From a virus (taxonomy: Duplodnaviria; Caudoviricetes): a stretch of 52,199 bases of DNA. Each line of letters begins with the position of its first letter. Position 1 is the first letter of the stretch. A model generated the notes under the pieces. The model saw nothing but the letters and a program-made list of their open reading frames with translations. It made no database searches and was not told the DNA's origin. Shown here piece after piece: positions 9,140-18,760 of the stretch. The DNA is taken from positions 1-52,199 of IMG/VR virus record IMGVR_UViG_3300046791_000495; one strand, 5' to 3'. The position numbers were made by a program, and so were the translations under genes.

Positions 9140-9507
9140 CAGAGAGCTCCTGTTGGGTAGGTTGCGCTCGTCTGGAGCGCGAGGATCCAGTCCTCGAAGT
9201 CATTCATGTCGTCGGAGATCAGGCCGACCGCGACCGTCTTCGTCCCGGCCGAGAAAGTCACCGCAGCGTCCGCGTTGCTCGACTCCGAGACGAGCTCGCG
9301 CACGAGCGTCGTCGACCCGGAGAGATAGCCGCAGCCGGACTCCCACTCCGTCCCGCCTTGCAGGAGGATGAAGTAGCGGAAGCGGTCGTTGACGGCGAAC
9401 CGCGAGGCGATCGTCTGACACTGCGTTGAGGCGCCGGCGAGCGTGAAGTCGCCGGCGCCCGTCGTGGTCGACGTCTCCTGGACGCGGTCGTAGAACCTGC
9501 GGGCCAT
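9139..9507 (-). CDS. Tail fibre N-terminal anchor-like protein
   Basis: DRVQETSTTTGAGDFTLAGA...EWESGCG...TLVR...SSN...VTFSAGTKTV is a motif I recognise from phage fibre N-termini. Confidence 0.75.
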   Translation of the reverse strand: MARRFYDRVQETSTTTGAGDFTLAGASTQCQTIASRFAVNDRFRYFILLQGGTEWESGCGYLSGSTTLVRELVSESSNADAAVTFSAGTKTVAVGLISDDMNDFEDWILALQTSATYPTGAL

Positions 9508-9510
9508 CGA

Positions 9511-9813
9511 TCAGCCCTCGAGCGGCTGCGCTTCCACGCCGATGCCGCCGACCTCGTCGACTCCGCCGACCTTCACCGGGTCGGCGACAAGCGGCTCGGC
9601 TGCGGCGAGCGCGGCCGTCTCGACCGCATCCTCGACGAACGGAGCGTCGACGTAGCCGATCCCCTTCTGGGAGTTGATGGCGTCGACGAGCCAGGCCGCG
9701 AGCGTCGGAGAGCCTGCGACGGCGATGACGTGGTTGTCGCCGTCGATCACGGTCGTCAGGTCCTTGGCGACGCGGATCGGGACGGAGACGCGGATGGTGC
9801 TGACGATCTTCAT
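9511..9813 (-). CDS. Hypothetical protein (100 aa)
   Basis: ATG 9813 with GAGGAG RBS (MKIVSTIRV...); fills the operon gap. Confidence 0.65.
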   Translation of the reverse strand: MKIVSTIRVSVPIRVAKDLTTVIDGDNHVIAVAGSPTLAAWLVDAINSQKGIGYVDAPFVEDAVETAALAAAEPLVADPVKVGGVDEVGGIGVEAQPLEG

Positions 9814-9824
9814 GGACTCTCTCC

Positions 9825-10652
9825 TCAGTCGAGTGTGCCGTTGATGGCGAGGGCGGCGAAGCTGCCGGACCCACCGTTCAGGATGGTGCGAGGCGACAGC
9901 ATCGCCGCGCCGCCGCGGACCACGCCGGCGGTCGCCGCCGACATCACGGCGAAGTAATCGAAGCTGGCCCCGCCGTTCCAGTCCGCGCTGGCCGGACCGA
10001 ACGCGGCCGGCGAACTGTTCTGGATCAGGCCACCCGATGCCGCGCCCATGATGTCGTCGAGCGCGACGCGCGCGTAGCCGTTGGTGCCAGCCGTGGTGAC
10101 CTCGGTGCCGGCGCCCAGCGGGTCGCCCGAGTAGAGCGCCACCCAGACGTCGACCGCCGCGCCCATCGTGGTGCGCCCGAACATGTGGTCCAGCAGGGCG
10201 TTGAGGATCGTGGTCGTCCACTTGGTCCCGGCCGTGAAGGTGAAGACCAGGGGATCGGACGCGAGCTGACGGTACGAGTCCGTGGTGGCGATCACCGCGG
10301 CGTTCGATCGCGCGTAGGCGATCAGGTTGCCGCCGGTCGAGGCATCGTAGACACCGATGCCCCAGACGTTCGTCCACGGTCCGCCGGTCGACGGGCCCCA
10401 GGCGACGTCGGTGATCTGCGTGATCGATCGCGCGGTCGCGGCGCTAAAGATCGAGCCGCCACCGGTGCCGCACGCCTGTCGCGCGTAGCCGTTGGTCCCG
10501 GCGGTCGTCACCTCGGTCCCGCCGGCGTCGGTGGGCGTCGCGATCAGCAGCCCGAGGTAGACGGTCGGGAAGGTCCACGACACCTTGCGCCACAGATGGT
10601 CGAGCGCCTTCTGCTCTGCGTAGTCGGTGATGACTCCAGTGATGGTGGGCAT
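9825..10652 (-). CDS. Phage tail protein with internally duplicated domain
   Basis: Two copies of LDH...V(Y/W)xxL...GTEVTTAGTNGYAR; AAGGAG RBS. Confidence 0.8.
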   Translation of the reverse strand: MPTITGVITDYAEQKALDHLWRKVSWTFPTVYLGLLIATPTDAGGTEVTTAGTNGYARQACGTGGGSIFSAATARSITQITDVAWGPSTGGPWTNVWGIGVYDASTGGNLIAYARSNAAVIATTDSYRQLASDPLVFTFTAGTKWTTTILNALLDHMFGRTTMGAAVDVWVALYSGDPLGAGTEVTTAGTNGYARVALDDIMGAASGGLIQNSSPAAFGPASADWNGGASFDYFAVMSAATAGVVRGGAAMLSPRTILNGGSGSFAALAINGTLD

Positions 10653-10664
10653 GTCGGTTCTCCT

Positions 10665-11066
10665 TTAGGCGCCGGCTGCCCGCGCGCCACTGTTGTTCCT
10701 GACTTCGTTCGTGAGCGAGTTCAGGCGAGAGGTCAGCACCTCGATGCTCTTCATGCACTCGAGCTTCTCGGCGTGGATCTTCTGTTCGAGCTCCTCGATG
10801 CGCTTCTGCTGTTCGTCGACCCTCTGTTGGAGCTTGATCCGCTCGTCGCGCTGCTCCTCGTAGAGCGCCCGCCACTCGCCGATGACCTTGACCGACGTGT
10901 CGGTCTCGACGCTCTTCGTGTCCACCTTGCCGCGGCGGAGGTCGACCGCCGACTTGATCGCGATCGAGAGCCCCGCCGTGAGCATGACGAGCACGGCGTT
11001 GCCGAGGCTCAGGAGCTTCGCGAAGAAGTCGCCCACTGGCGGGTCAGTCGTCGGATCGATCAGCAC
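10665..11066 (-). CDS. TM plus coiled-coil protein (holin/spanin-like topology)
   Basis: Hydrophobic N-terminal segment then long heptad-rich helix; likely GTG start at 11066 just after upstream stop. Confidence 0.6.
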   Translation of the reverse strand: MLIDPTTDPPVGDFFAKLLSLGNAVLVMLTAGLSIAIKSAVDLRRGKVDTKSVETDTSVKVIGEWRALYEEQRDERIKLQQRVDEQQKRIEELEQKIHAEKLECMKSIEVLTSRLNSLTNEVRNNSGARAAGA

Positions 11067-11067
11067 G

Positions 11068-11403
11068 TCAGCCCCTTGTCTTTGCGATCTTGTGGTCACG
11101 GATCGTCCTGCGGAGAAGGAAGGAGAGGCTGACCAGGTGCGCCGCTAGGGCGGCGACGAGCCCGACGAGCGCGAGCTGGATTCCAGGGTGCGAGTAGCTG
11201 AATCCGAAGTACAGCACCATTGCGAACAGAACGTCGCCGAGGCACATGGCGGTCCTGTGGCGGCGCGACTCGATCGGGATGCCGCTCTTGATGATCTTCG
11301 TCCCCAGGGCGACGTAATACCCGAGGAGCGAACCGCCGAGCAGGACGACGCCGACGGAGAGGCCGCGGATGATCGCGACGAGCGCGGTGTGCAAGAGGTC
11401 CAT
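11068..11403 (-). CDS. Three-TM membrane protein (holin-like)
   Basis: Three hydrophobic segments and basic C-terminus; TGATG-coupled. Confidence 0.6.
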   Translation of the reverse strand: MDLLHTALVAIIRGLSVGVVLLGGSLLGYYVALGTKIIKSGIPIESRRHRTAMCLGDVLFAMVLYFGFSYSHPGIQLALVGLVAALAAHLVSLSFLLRRTIRDHKIAKTRG

Positions 11404-12806
11404 CAGACGATCCCTCCTCGCGGCCCGCTGAGCCCGAGCCGCTCAAGCCAGTTCCGGAAGGTGGCGCGGATGGGGCCGCGGAGGTCCCAGATGGCAGCCA
11501 GAGCGATCAGGAAAGCGACGACGACCACGAAGTAGGCCGCGGCCTCGATCCCGCCGGCCGAGCCGCAACCGCCAGCGCCCGCGAGGCCGCCACCGGCAAC
11601 CTTCGGCAGGATCGGCGACGGCGCGCCCGGTTCGGGGGACGATCCCCCCGGGGGGAAGCCCCCCGGTGTCTGCTCCCCGGGCGCGCCGTCGTCGTCCAGC
11701 GCCGGAAGACCACCTTCCGGCTCCCACTCGAGAACCTGCGGACCGCCGTCGAGCTCCACGAGGTGCATGACGCCCGCGGGGTTCGCCTGGATGTGCAGGA
11801 CGATGCTCTTCGGGTCGAAGGCCCACTTGAACACCTTCGCCGTCAGCGCGCCGAGCTTGTAGTAGGCGTTCACCGTGCCGGCGACAACGTCGAGCTTCGC
11901 CCAGTCGTCGGCGCTCTGCTGGCGCGGCACGAGTCCGTCGGGGAACTGGATCAGCGGCGACCCGGCCGCCTGCCGCAGAACGACCGAGCGCATGTCGTCG
12001 ATGCCGCAGTCTGTCTCCTGAACGGTCAGTACGCCGCCGTTGGCGAAGCGCACCCAGTGGTAGGAATTGGGGCGCCCGCCGCGAACGATCCAGCGCGAGA
12101 CGAGCGGGAAGCCGCCGGCCTTGTACGCCGCGATGATTCGACCGACGTCGTTGCGGATCTCCTTCTCGTAGGCGTCGCAGAAGAGCTTCATGCAGAACGG
12201 GGCCTGGTTGTCGGCCGGCGTCGTCGCGGCCTTGCCGAATCCGGTGCCGAGGTGCGAGATTCCGAGGCCTCGCTTCCAGATGTAGTGGATGTCGCTCTTG
12301 CCGTCGTCGCCCAGCGGGATCTTCGTGCGCTGGTGCGCCCAGCCGAACTTGGTGCGACGCGGGTCCTTCAACTGGTCGCAGCCGCAGGCGGCCATCGCGA
12401 GCCACTGCATGACCTGGCCATCGGCGATCTTCGCGTCGTCGAGGCGGCCCATCTCGCGAAAGGCACGGCGCTGACCGACGAAGGCATAGAAGTGGAACAG
12501 GTCGTGGCGGTCGTCGACGTCGAACTCGCCCTGCTTCCAGTCGTTCGCTGCCGAGAGGACGTAGCGGAACGACGGTAGCGCCCGCTCGAAGCGCGTGATG
12601 GCGCAGAGCATCAGGGCGAGCTGGTACCAGTTCGCGGACGGGCCGACCTCCTTCGGGCTCTTGACCCCGGCGCCCATCGTGGCGCGCGGCTGCCAGTCGA
12701 GCGCGAAGATCGGCTTCTGGCCGAGGATGATCCGGCCGAAGTCGGAGAGCTCGCGGTCTTCCGGACCGACCGCGGCCTTCCCTGCCTTGACCTGTTCGTC
12801 AGCCAT
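11403..12806 (-). CDS. Hypothetical protein with Pro/Gly linker and C-terminal TM anchor
   Basis: 467-aa ORF with operon codon bias; ends GGCGS...YFVVVVAFLIALAAIW plus basic residues. Confidence 0.7.
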   Translation of the reverse strand: MADEQVKAGKAAVGPEDRELSDFGRIILGQKPIFALDWQPRATMGAGVKSPKEVGPSANWYQLALMLCAITRFERALPSFRYVLSAANDWKQGEFDVDDRHDLFHFYAFVGQRRAFREMGRLDDAKIADGQVMQWLAMAACGCDQLKDPRRTKFGWAHQRTKIPLGDDGKSDIHYIWKRGLGISHLGTGFGKAATTPADNQAPFCMKLFCDAYEKEIRNDVGRIIAAYKAGGFPLVSRWIVRGGRPNSYHWVRFANGGVLTVQETDCGIDDMRSVVLRQAAGSPLIQFPDGLVPRQQSADDWAKLDVVAGTVNAYYKLGALTAKVFKWAFDPKSIVLHIQANPAGVMHLVELDGGPQVLEWEPEGGLPALDDDGAPGEQTPGGFPPGGSSPEPGAPSPILPKVAGGGLAGAGGCGSAGGIEAAAYFVVVVAFLIALAAIWDLRGPIRATFRNWLERLGLSGPRGGIV

Positions 12807-12807
12807 C

Positions 12808-13920
12808 TCAGCCCCCGTTCGCTTCGAGGATCAGTTCGTATGGATACCACTCGCGCGCTGCCGTCCCGACCGTCTTGACGATCGACGCTCCGTAGCCGAA
12901 TGGCTGAACGCCGCTCGGAAGATTCGCTGCTATACGGCAGGCGAACTTCATGCGGTAGGGGTCGGCTGCCGCGTCGAGGTAGTAAAAGTCGGCATGATCG
13001 AGCGCCGAGATGATCGCGAAGTAGCCGAAGAAGCCGCCCGTCACCGCGAGCCCCAAGTCAGCAACTGTCTCGGTTCCTCCCTGCCGACACACGGCCTGCC
13101 AGCGGCCCGAGTTCACGTTGTCGACGTGCCGCATGTAGATCCCGTGCGACGGCTCGCCGCTGACGCTGGACATGAAACCCCAACGCATCACGAAGCGGTT
13201 GGTGCCATCCGAAGGAGTACTGAGGTAGATCGGCCCGGAGAGCATCCAAGCCTCGCCCACGCTGCTGTCCCGAATGAACCCGGCGAGGTCGCCGTTGTGA
13301 ACCCCCGCCGATCCGGAGTTCGTCGTTCCGGTGTTGAGCGTCAGGTAGCGGAAGCGGTAGTAGTCGGGAACGATGACGGCGCTCGATCCGGCGCCGGAGT
13401 TTGCCAGCGTGAATCCGAGCAGGCCCTTCTCCTCCTTCAGGTGCTGAAGGCTGGCGCGATTGTAGAACTCGCAGGTCCATCGCGACAGGTCGCCATCGTA
13501 GACGAGCCCGAAGGAGTCGCCGTCGGCCATCAGCACGCCGGGCATCATGTCGCCGAACACGAAGCGGTTCGCCGCGACCGAGCCGCTGTCCTCCTGCGAG
13601 GCGTACCACGGGTTGCTGAGCCCCTGCGCGACCGTAACGAGGATGCGTCGCCCGTCGACGCCGCCCGCGATGCCGGTCAGCTTGCTGCCGGTGTTCGTGC
13701 AGTCGACGCGCAGCCACGACGCCGTGCCGGGGTCGAGGTCGTTAGTGTCGCCGGACAGGCCGACTTCGAGGCGCGTCGCCGAGCCGCCGAGCGAACCGAC
13801 CTCAACGCACTTCGATTCACCCGTCGAAGCCTGAGTGACGAAGATCCTGTCGGCCGCCTCCGGAACGATCGGCGCTCCGACGTCATAGACGGTCTGCGGG
13901 GCGAGCGGAGATTCCGGCAT
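12808..13920 (-). CDS. Minor tail protein, beta-rich (possible carbohydrate binding)
   Basis: Composition and position in tail module; 1-nt gaps to neighbours. Confidence 0.7.
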   Translation of the reverse strand: MPESPLAPQTVYDVGAPIVPEAADRIFVTQASTGESKCVEVGSLGGSATRLEVGLSGDTNDLDPGTASWLRVDCTNTGSKLTGIAGGVDGRRILVTVAQGLSNPWYASQEDSGSVAANRFVFGDMMPGVLMADGDSFGLVYDGDLSRWTCEFYNRASLQHLKEEKGLLGFTLANSGAGSSAVIVPDYYRFRYLTLNTGTTNSGSAGVHNGDLAGFIRDSSVGEAWMLSGPIYLSTPSDGTNRFVMRWGFMSSVSGEPSHGIYMRHVDNVNSGRWQAVCRQGGTETVADLGLAVTGGFFGYFAIISALDHADFYYLDAAADPYRMKFACRIAANLPSGVQPFGYGASIVKTVGTAAREWYPYELILEANGG

Positions 13921-13921
13921 C

Positions 13922-14755
13922 TCAGGTCCTCTCTCGGACTACAAGACTACCTTCCCACGAGTCGAATTCGTGGTGGTTGAAGCCGGTCAGTCGCGCTTTG
14001 CCCCAGATCGTCGAGTACTGGATGAGCCCGGCGTCGGTCACGAGCGGGTTGTAGCAGTAGAGGACGTCCGAGTGGTGGCCGGCGTACTGGAGCTTCTTCA
14101 GCCACATGGCGGTCGCCTTGGCGTCGGTGCTGCCCTCGAGCTTGAGGGTCGCAATCCGCCGCTGGGACCGGGCGTAGTAGAAGTCGATGTCGAGATCCGA
14201 CTGCTCCTCCTCCGAAGCACTCTCGGTCTCGACCTGCAGACCGTAGGCGGCGATGCCGTCGATGAGGGTGTTGAGCGGGACATGGGGGCCGAAGTAGCCG
14301 GCGCCCAGCTCGAGGTCGACGCTGCCGCCGGTCCGGACGATCGTCACCCTCCAGTACTGGTACTCGACGGGCTCGAAGAACGCCTGAAAGTGCGGCCGTC
14401 GCGGGATGTTGATGTCCCACTCGTCGTCCTGCGGAATGAAGTCGGTGTAGGTCTGGTCGAACGGCGGAGAGGTGAACGTGTCCTCGTCGTCGGCCTCGAG
14501 GTGGATGCTCGCGATGTCCTCCCAGCCGGCGATGAACCGCAGGAACACCGCGCCGACCGGCTGGTTGACGACGCCGAGATCGAGCACGAACTGATTCGTC
14601 GTCGTGCCCGTGAGGGCGGCGACGTCGCCGAGGTTGCCGACGGCCAGGTTGCTGATCGGGAAGTCCGAGTCGGTGGCGTCTGCCGAAGCCAAGACCGCCG
14701 ACGGGCGCTGCAGCTGGTTCTCGAAGGCGACGACCGGATGGTAGGTCAGCGTCAT
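13922..14755 (-). CDS. Tail tip / distal tail-like protein
   Basis: FPISNL..., LDLG, YQYWRVTI, LELG pattern seen in discoidin-like siphophage tail-tip proteins; position downstream of tape measure. Confidence 0.7.
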   Translation of the reverse strand: MTLTYHPVVAFENQLQRPSAVLASADATDSDFPISNLAVGNLGDVAALTGTTTNQFVLDLGVVNQPVGAVFLRFIAGWEDIASIHLEADDEDTFTSPPFDQTYTDFIPQDDEWDINIPRRPHFQAFFEPVEYQYWRVTIVRTGGSVDLELGAGYFGPHVPLNTLIDGIAAYGLQVETESASEEEQSDLDIDFYYARSQRRIATLKLEGSTDAKATAMWLKKLQYAGHHSDVLYCYNPLVTDAGLIQYSTIWGKARLTGFNHHEFDSWEGSLVVRERT

Positions 14756-14758
14756 GGC

Positions 14759-16135
14759 TCAGATCCCCAGTGGCGAGCCGTCGGTCGCCGCGAGATACGT
14801 CCCAGTTGTGCCGCCAGAGAGAACATAGCGCTTCCTGTTCTTCCAGACGATCAGTTCGACCGTCCGGTTCGCGTTGAGCTTCGTCTGCGCGATGCGGTAC
14901 TGGTCGGGATCGGCGAGCCCCCACCGCGGGTACGAGAAGCGGACGACGCGGCCGATTCTGTAGCGCATCGCCTCCGGCGCCAAGCGGATCCGGTAGTAGA
15001 CCGTCGGCGACAGGAAGGATTCGGCGAGCCACGAGTGGACCAGGAGGGCGTCCTTCTCTCGCAGGAACGGCGTCACATAGTCGTCGGCGGTCCGCGCCGA
15101 AGGGTAGACCGAGAGGTAGCGGCTGCACGAGCCGGTGATCTTCGTGTACGGCGTGGTCATCCAGAGGGCGTCGGCCGTGCCCTTGGCGGCGCCGGCGATC
15201 TCGTCCTCCGACATCTCCGTCGGGTTCTTCCTGTAGCAGGTCGAGATCGAGCGCGCCGGCGGGACGATCGGCAGCATCTCCGCCTCAAGGATGCGGTTCG
15301 TCGGGATCTCGTAGTCGACGTAGTCGGACCGCGGCGTCGAGTTCACGCCGACGTCGACCAGCCCGTCGTTGTCGATCCCCCACCAGGCGTAGGCCGAGAC
15401 GAGCGCGTCGAGGATCTCCGCAATCGTCTCGTCGCCCTGGATGTACCAGCCGGCCGCGAACGGTACGGCGGCCTTGAAGAGCGCGAGCCTCGCCGCGTTG
15501 AGCTCCGAGGAGGCGAGCGGCCCGATCGTCGAGCACACGAAGGTGAACCAGTCCGCGACGGTGTCGCCCGCCACGGCGGGCCCGACGCCGTTGAACGTCA
15601 CCCGCGCGCCGTCGGGGATGTCGGTGGTGAACAGTACGGTGTTGCTCGAGCCGAGCGTCACGATGTAGTCGTCGGTGCTGTAGACGTCGCCAGCGGCCTT
15701 CGCGGCCGTGATGGCCCGCATCGGGTGGCCGCCCTTGTCGCGGTGGAGCAGGTACAGCTGGTCCTGCGAGGAGATCCGGATGCCCTCGAAGTTCTCCTGC
15801 GCCCCGAGAACCATCGGCGCCCGCTGGCCCTTGTTGGCCGAGGTCCCTTCGTTGCCGCCGATCCCAAGGAGCGTGACCGACTGGGCCGCGACCTCGAGTC
15901 GGCGCAGAAGGTCGGCCATCGCGATCGACACCTTGGTGCTCTTGTCGTGCCGGATCGCCACGCTCTCGGCGGTGAGGAGTCGCCGCGGGGCGGAGAGGAT
16001 CTTCGCCTTGGTCGCCAAGTTGATGACGTCGACATCGAGCGCCGCCGGCTGGTGATCGAAGATGGCCTCGCCGACCAGCCGATCCAGCCGACCGACGGTC
16101 GTGTTGTTGACTGCGCCGAGATCGGTGGTCGCCAT
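14759..16135 (-). CDS. Tail tip / baseplate hub-like protein
   Basis: Start MATTDLG at 16135 by TGATG overlap; GQRAPMVLG, TIAEILDALV...WW, IGRVVRFSYPRWGL motifs typical of hub proteins. Confidence 0.7.
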   Translation of the reverse strand: MATTDLGAVNNTTVGRLDRLVGEAIFDHQPAALDVDVINLATKAKILSAPRRLLTAESVAIRHDKSTKVSIAMADLLRRLEVAAQSVTLLGIGGNEGTSANKGQRAPMVLGAQENFEGIRISSQDQLYLLHRDKGGHPMRAITAAKAAGDVYSTDDYIVTLGSSNTVLFTTDIPDGARVTFNGVGPAVAGDTVADWFTFVCSTIGPLASSELNAARLALFKAAVPFAAGWYIQGDETIAEILDALVSAYAWWGIDNDGLVDVGVNSTPRSDYVDYEIPTNRILEAEMLPIVPPARSISTCYRKNPTEMSEDEIAGAAKGTADALWMTTPYTKITGSCSRYLSVYPSARTADDYVTPFLREKDALLVHSWLAESFLSPTVYYRIRLAPEAMRYRIGRVVRFSYPRWGLADPDQYRIAQTKLNANRTVELIVWKNRKRYVLSGGTTGTYLAATDGSPLGI

Positions 16136-18759
16136 CAGTTCACCGGACAGAACCCGACGGTGATGGAGCCCCAACTGGCCGTGGACGAAATGGTCGTGAA
16201 CCCGGTCCCATGGCTCGGAGTGACGGTGCCGGTAATGAACGAGGCGCCGACGGCGATCCCGACTCCGCCGGCGACGGTCTGCCTCCGGCTCAGAGATGGG
16301 CTGAACGGACCGCCGGAGATTGAAGCCGCAATCCCGCCGGCCCACCAATCGACCTGCACGTAGCCGGTCTGGTAATACCCAGACGAGCCCCACGATGGCG
16401 TGATGGGATTCGCCGATGGTGTCGTGCTGCTCCCGGTGTTCACGGTGCCTTCCTCCGGGGCTTCGGAGATCTTGAAGGTCCCGGCCGGCATGACGAACGC
16501 AACGTAGACTCCCTTCTCCGTCGCGCTCGTGTCCAGCCGGAGTGTGTGCGAGCTCCCGGTGCAGTCGAAGTACCAACCCGTCATGCGCGCCGCACTCGAG
16601 TCGGCGAGTACGTCGACGAATTTCGTGAACGAGTTCCCAGCTCCGACGGACACCGTGGCGTTCCCGTCGTTGACGAAGAAGACGATGATCCTGTCGCCGC
16701 TCTTGTAGCCGCCGATGAACCCGGTGGCGGACGTCGTCAGGTCAATGGTGTGCTGCGTGACGTCGGATGCGAACTGACCGAAGTTGCCGAGCTCGTCCGT
16801 CTGGCAGAGCAGGGGCCAGATGTAGTTGTCCTCGATCTTGATCGTGTCGGAGAACTCGATCCAGGGTCGCTTGGTACCGGCCGCGGTGTCGGTGTTGTTC
16901 TCTGGCAAGTCGGACGATCCGGAGCAATGAACTCCGAGACTGATGTACGAACGGCGCGTCGATCCTGCCCCGGAATGGCCCGTCCCGTACTCGACCTGAA
17001 TGCGATCGCCGGCTTCACAGGTATAGCTGGAAATGGCGGTCCCCGCCGCGATCGCGACGCGGTTGCGGGGAGTGGTCGGGTTGAGCTCCGCGTTCCCGCC
17101 GTCGTACTGCCCGTAGGCGAGAAGCGTCGCCCTCAACGTCAGACAGTCGCGACTGATGATGTGGATCGCCGCGTAGACCTGATCGATGTTGTCGTCAGCG
17201 TTGCTCTCCTCCCACTGGAGCCACGATTTCACCGTGCCGCTGATCGTCTGCGCAGCCAGCGGAGCGCTGACGAAGTGGCCCATGCGGTAGCCTTGATTGT
17301 TGGTGGACCCAACAGAGTCGGAATCCTCGTTCCACCCCTGGGCGATGAATCCAGATCGGTGCCGAAGTGGCCTCGCGGTGAGGTCCGTGGTCGCCCACGC
17401 CCCATTCATCGGCGCGTCGTAGATCTGCTCGTAGCCCGGATCACCGTCGCCGCCGTTGGCTGAGCCAGTGTCGTGCTCGTAGTTCGGCAAGTAGAACCGG
17501 CTGACGTCGATGTAGCGGACCCTCTCGCCTCCAGCGTCCGCGTCGAGGCTGCCACCCAGTTCATCGCCCTCGAGCACGTGGTCGCCTCCGCCACCAGCCG
17601 TGGCATCGAGTTGCCCGCCGAGAGTCCCGGCGAATGGCTGACCGCGAAAGACCTCGCCGCCCGCGGAAGCGCGGAGCACGCCGCCCAGGATGGCCCGCAT
17701 GCCGGCCGTCACCACATCCGGCGGGAGCTCGCGGTTGTTGAGCAACGGGAGCTCGCCGACGGTGAGCCCGACGCGGCCGCCGACCTTCGAGTCGCCATAG
17801 AGCGATCGGGTGATCTCCGGCCACGACTGGATCGCGCCCTGGTACTGGCGGGAGTAGCGGCCGGTCGAGAACCGTTCGGTGAGCCGCGGCGCCGCCGGAG
17901 CGTCCGACTCGAGAGGCTGGAAGGTGGCGAGCAGGATCGGGACGTTCCGCTCGTCTCGGAGCGCGGCATCGAACGCCGCATCGTCGGCGTTGACGGCAGA
18001 CAGCCGCGGCAGGCCGGAGTAGGCCGGGACCTCGATCTCGCCCATGCCGGTCCCGAAGCCGTCGCCGGCCGTCTGCGCTCCGGTCGTGCTGGTCAGCTCG
18101 ATCGCGATCGTGGCGAAGTCGCGCGCCACGAGCGACGTGTAGTTGATGACCCCGGTGGCCCCGCCGCCCGAGACCACCTGGTACCACGCGCTGATCTTCG
18201 ACTGGAAGGCCGCCGATCCGTCGCCCGCCTTGGTGTTCTCGCTGATGAACGTCAGGCCCGTTGGCGTCACGCTCATCTCGGAGCTCAGTGCAATCGTGAA
18301 CGCGATCTCGAGATCTCCGGCGCCGCCCATCGTCAAGCTGCCGAACGAGTGCGCCGTCACGTTCGTGCTGTCCTGGACGATCGCGAAGCTCGCGACCGGC
18401 AGGACCACGCCGGGCGCCGCCACCATGATCCACGTGCGCGCCGGGTCGGTCTGGACCTGCGAGGTGAAGGTCCACGACTCGTCGCCCTCGGCCTTGGTCC
18501 GAGTGAAGACCCAGATCTGCCAGTAGTCGGTGTTGGGCAGCCCGCCGCCGGCGATGCCGTAGTTGTCGACCACGCCGACGAAGTCCCAGCCGGCCTGCGT
18601 GTGGCTGTAGGCGTGCTGTGTCGTCTTGTCGTTGCGGCCGTGGACGACAATGCCGAGCGCGAGCGGGCAGCCGACCGGCGCCGTCGCTGGGCACTTCACC
18701 GTCATCGGAGCGCTGGCCAGAGCCCCTCCGCGCGTGAAGCTATGGATCGAGCCGGCCAT
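16135..18759 (-). CDS. Large multidomain tail protein
   Basis: 874 aa, Thr/Gly/Ser-rich beta domains flanking a hub-like segment and three 20-aa repeats. Confidence 0.75.
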   Translation of the reverse strand: MAGSIHSFTRGGALASAPMTVKCPATAPVGCPLALGIVVHGRNDKTTQHAYSHTQAGWDFVGVVDNYGIAGGGLPNTDYWQIWVFTRTKAEGDESWTFTSQVQTDPARTWIMVAAPGVVLPVASFAIVQDSTNVTAHSFGSLTMGGAGDLEIAFTIALSSEMSVTPTGLTFISENTKAGDGSAAFQSKISAWYQVVSGGGATGVINYTSLVARDFATIAIELTSTTGAQTAGDGFGTGMGEIEVPAYSGLPRLSAVNADDAAFDAALRDERNVPILLATFQPLESDAPAAPRLTERFSTGRYSRQYQGAIQSWPEITRSLYGDSKVGGRVGLTVGELPLLNNRELPPDVVTAGMRAILGGVLRASAGGEVFRGQPFAGTLGGQLDATAGGGGDHVLEGDELGGSLDADAGGERVRYIDVSRFYLPNYEHDTGSANGGDGDPGYEQIYDAPMNGAWATTDLTARPLRHRSGFIAQGWNEDSDSVGSTNNQGYRMGHFVSAPLAAQTISGTVKSWLQWEESNADDNIDQVYAAIHIISRDCLTLRATLLAYGQYDGGNAELNPTTPRNRVAIAAGTAISSYTCEAGDRIQVEYGTGHSGAGSTRRSYISLGVHCSGSSDLPENNTDTAAGTKRPWIEFSDTIKIEDNYIWPLLCQTDELGNFGQFASDVTQHTIDLTTSATGFIGGYKSGDRIIVFFVNDGNATVSVGAGNSFTKFVDVLADSSAARMTGWYFDCTGSSHTLRLDTSATEKGVYVAFVMPAGTFKISEAPEEGTVNTGSSTTPSANPITPSWGSSGYYQTGYVQVDWWAGGIAASISGGPFSPSLSRRQTVAGGVGIAVGASFITGTVTPSHGTGFTTISSTASWGSITVGFCPVN

Positions 18760-18760
18760 G

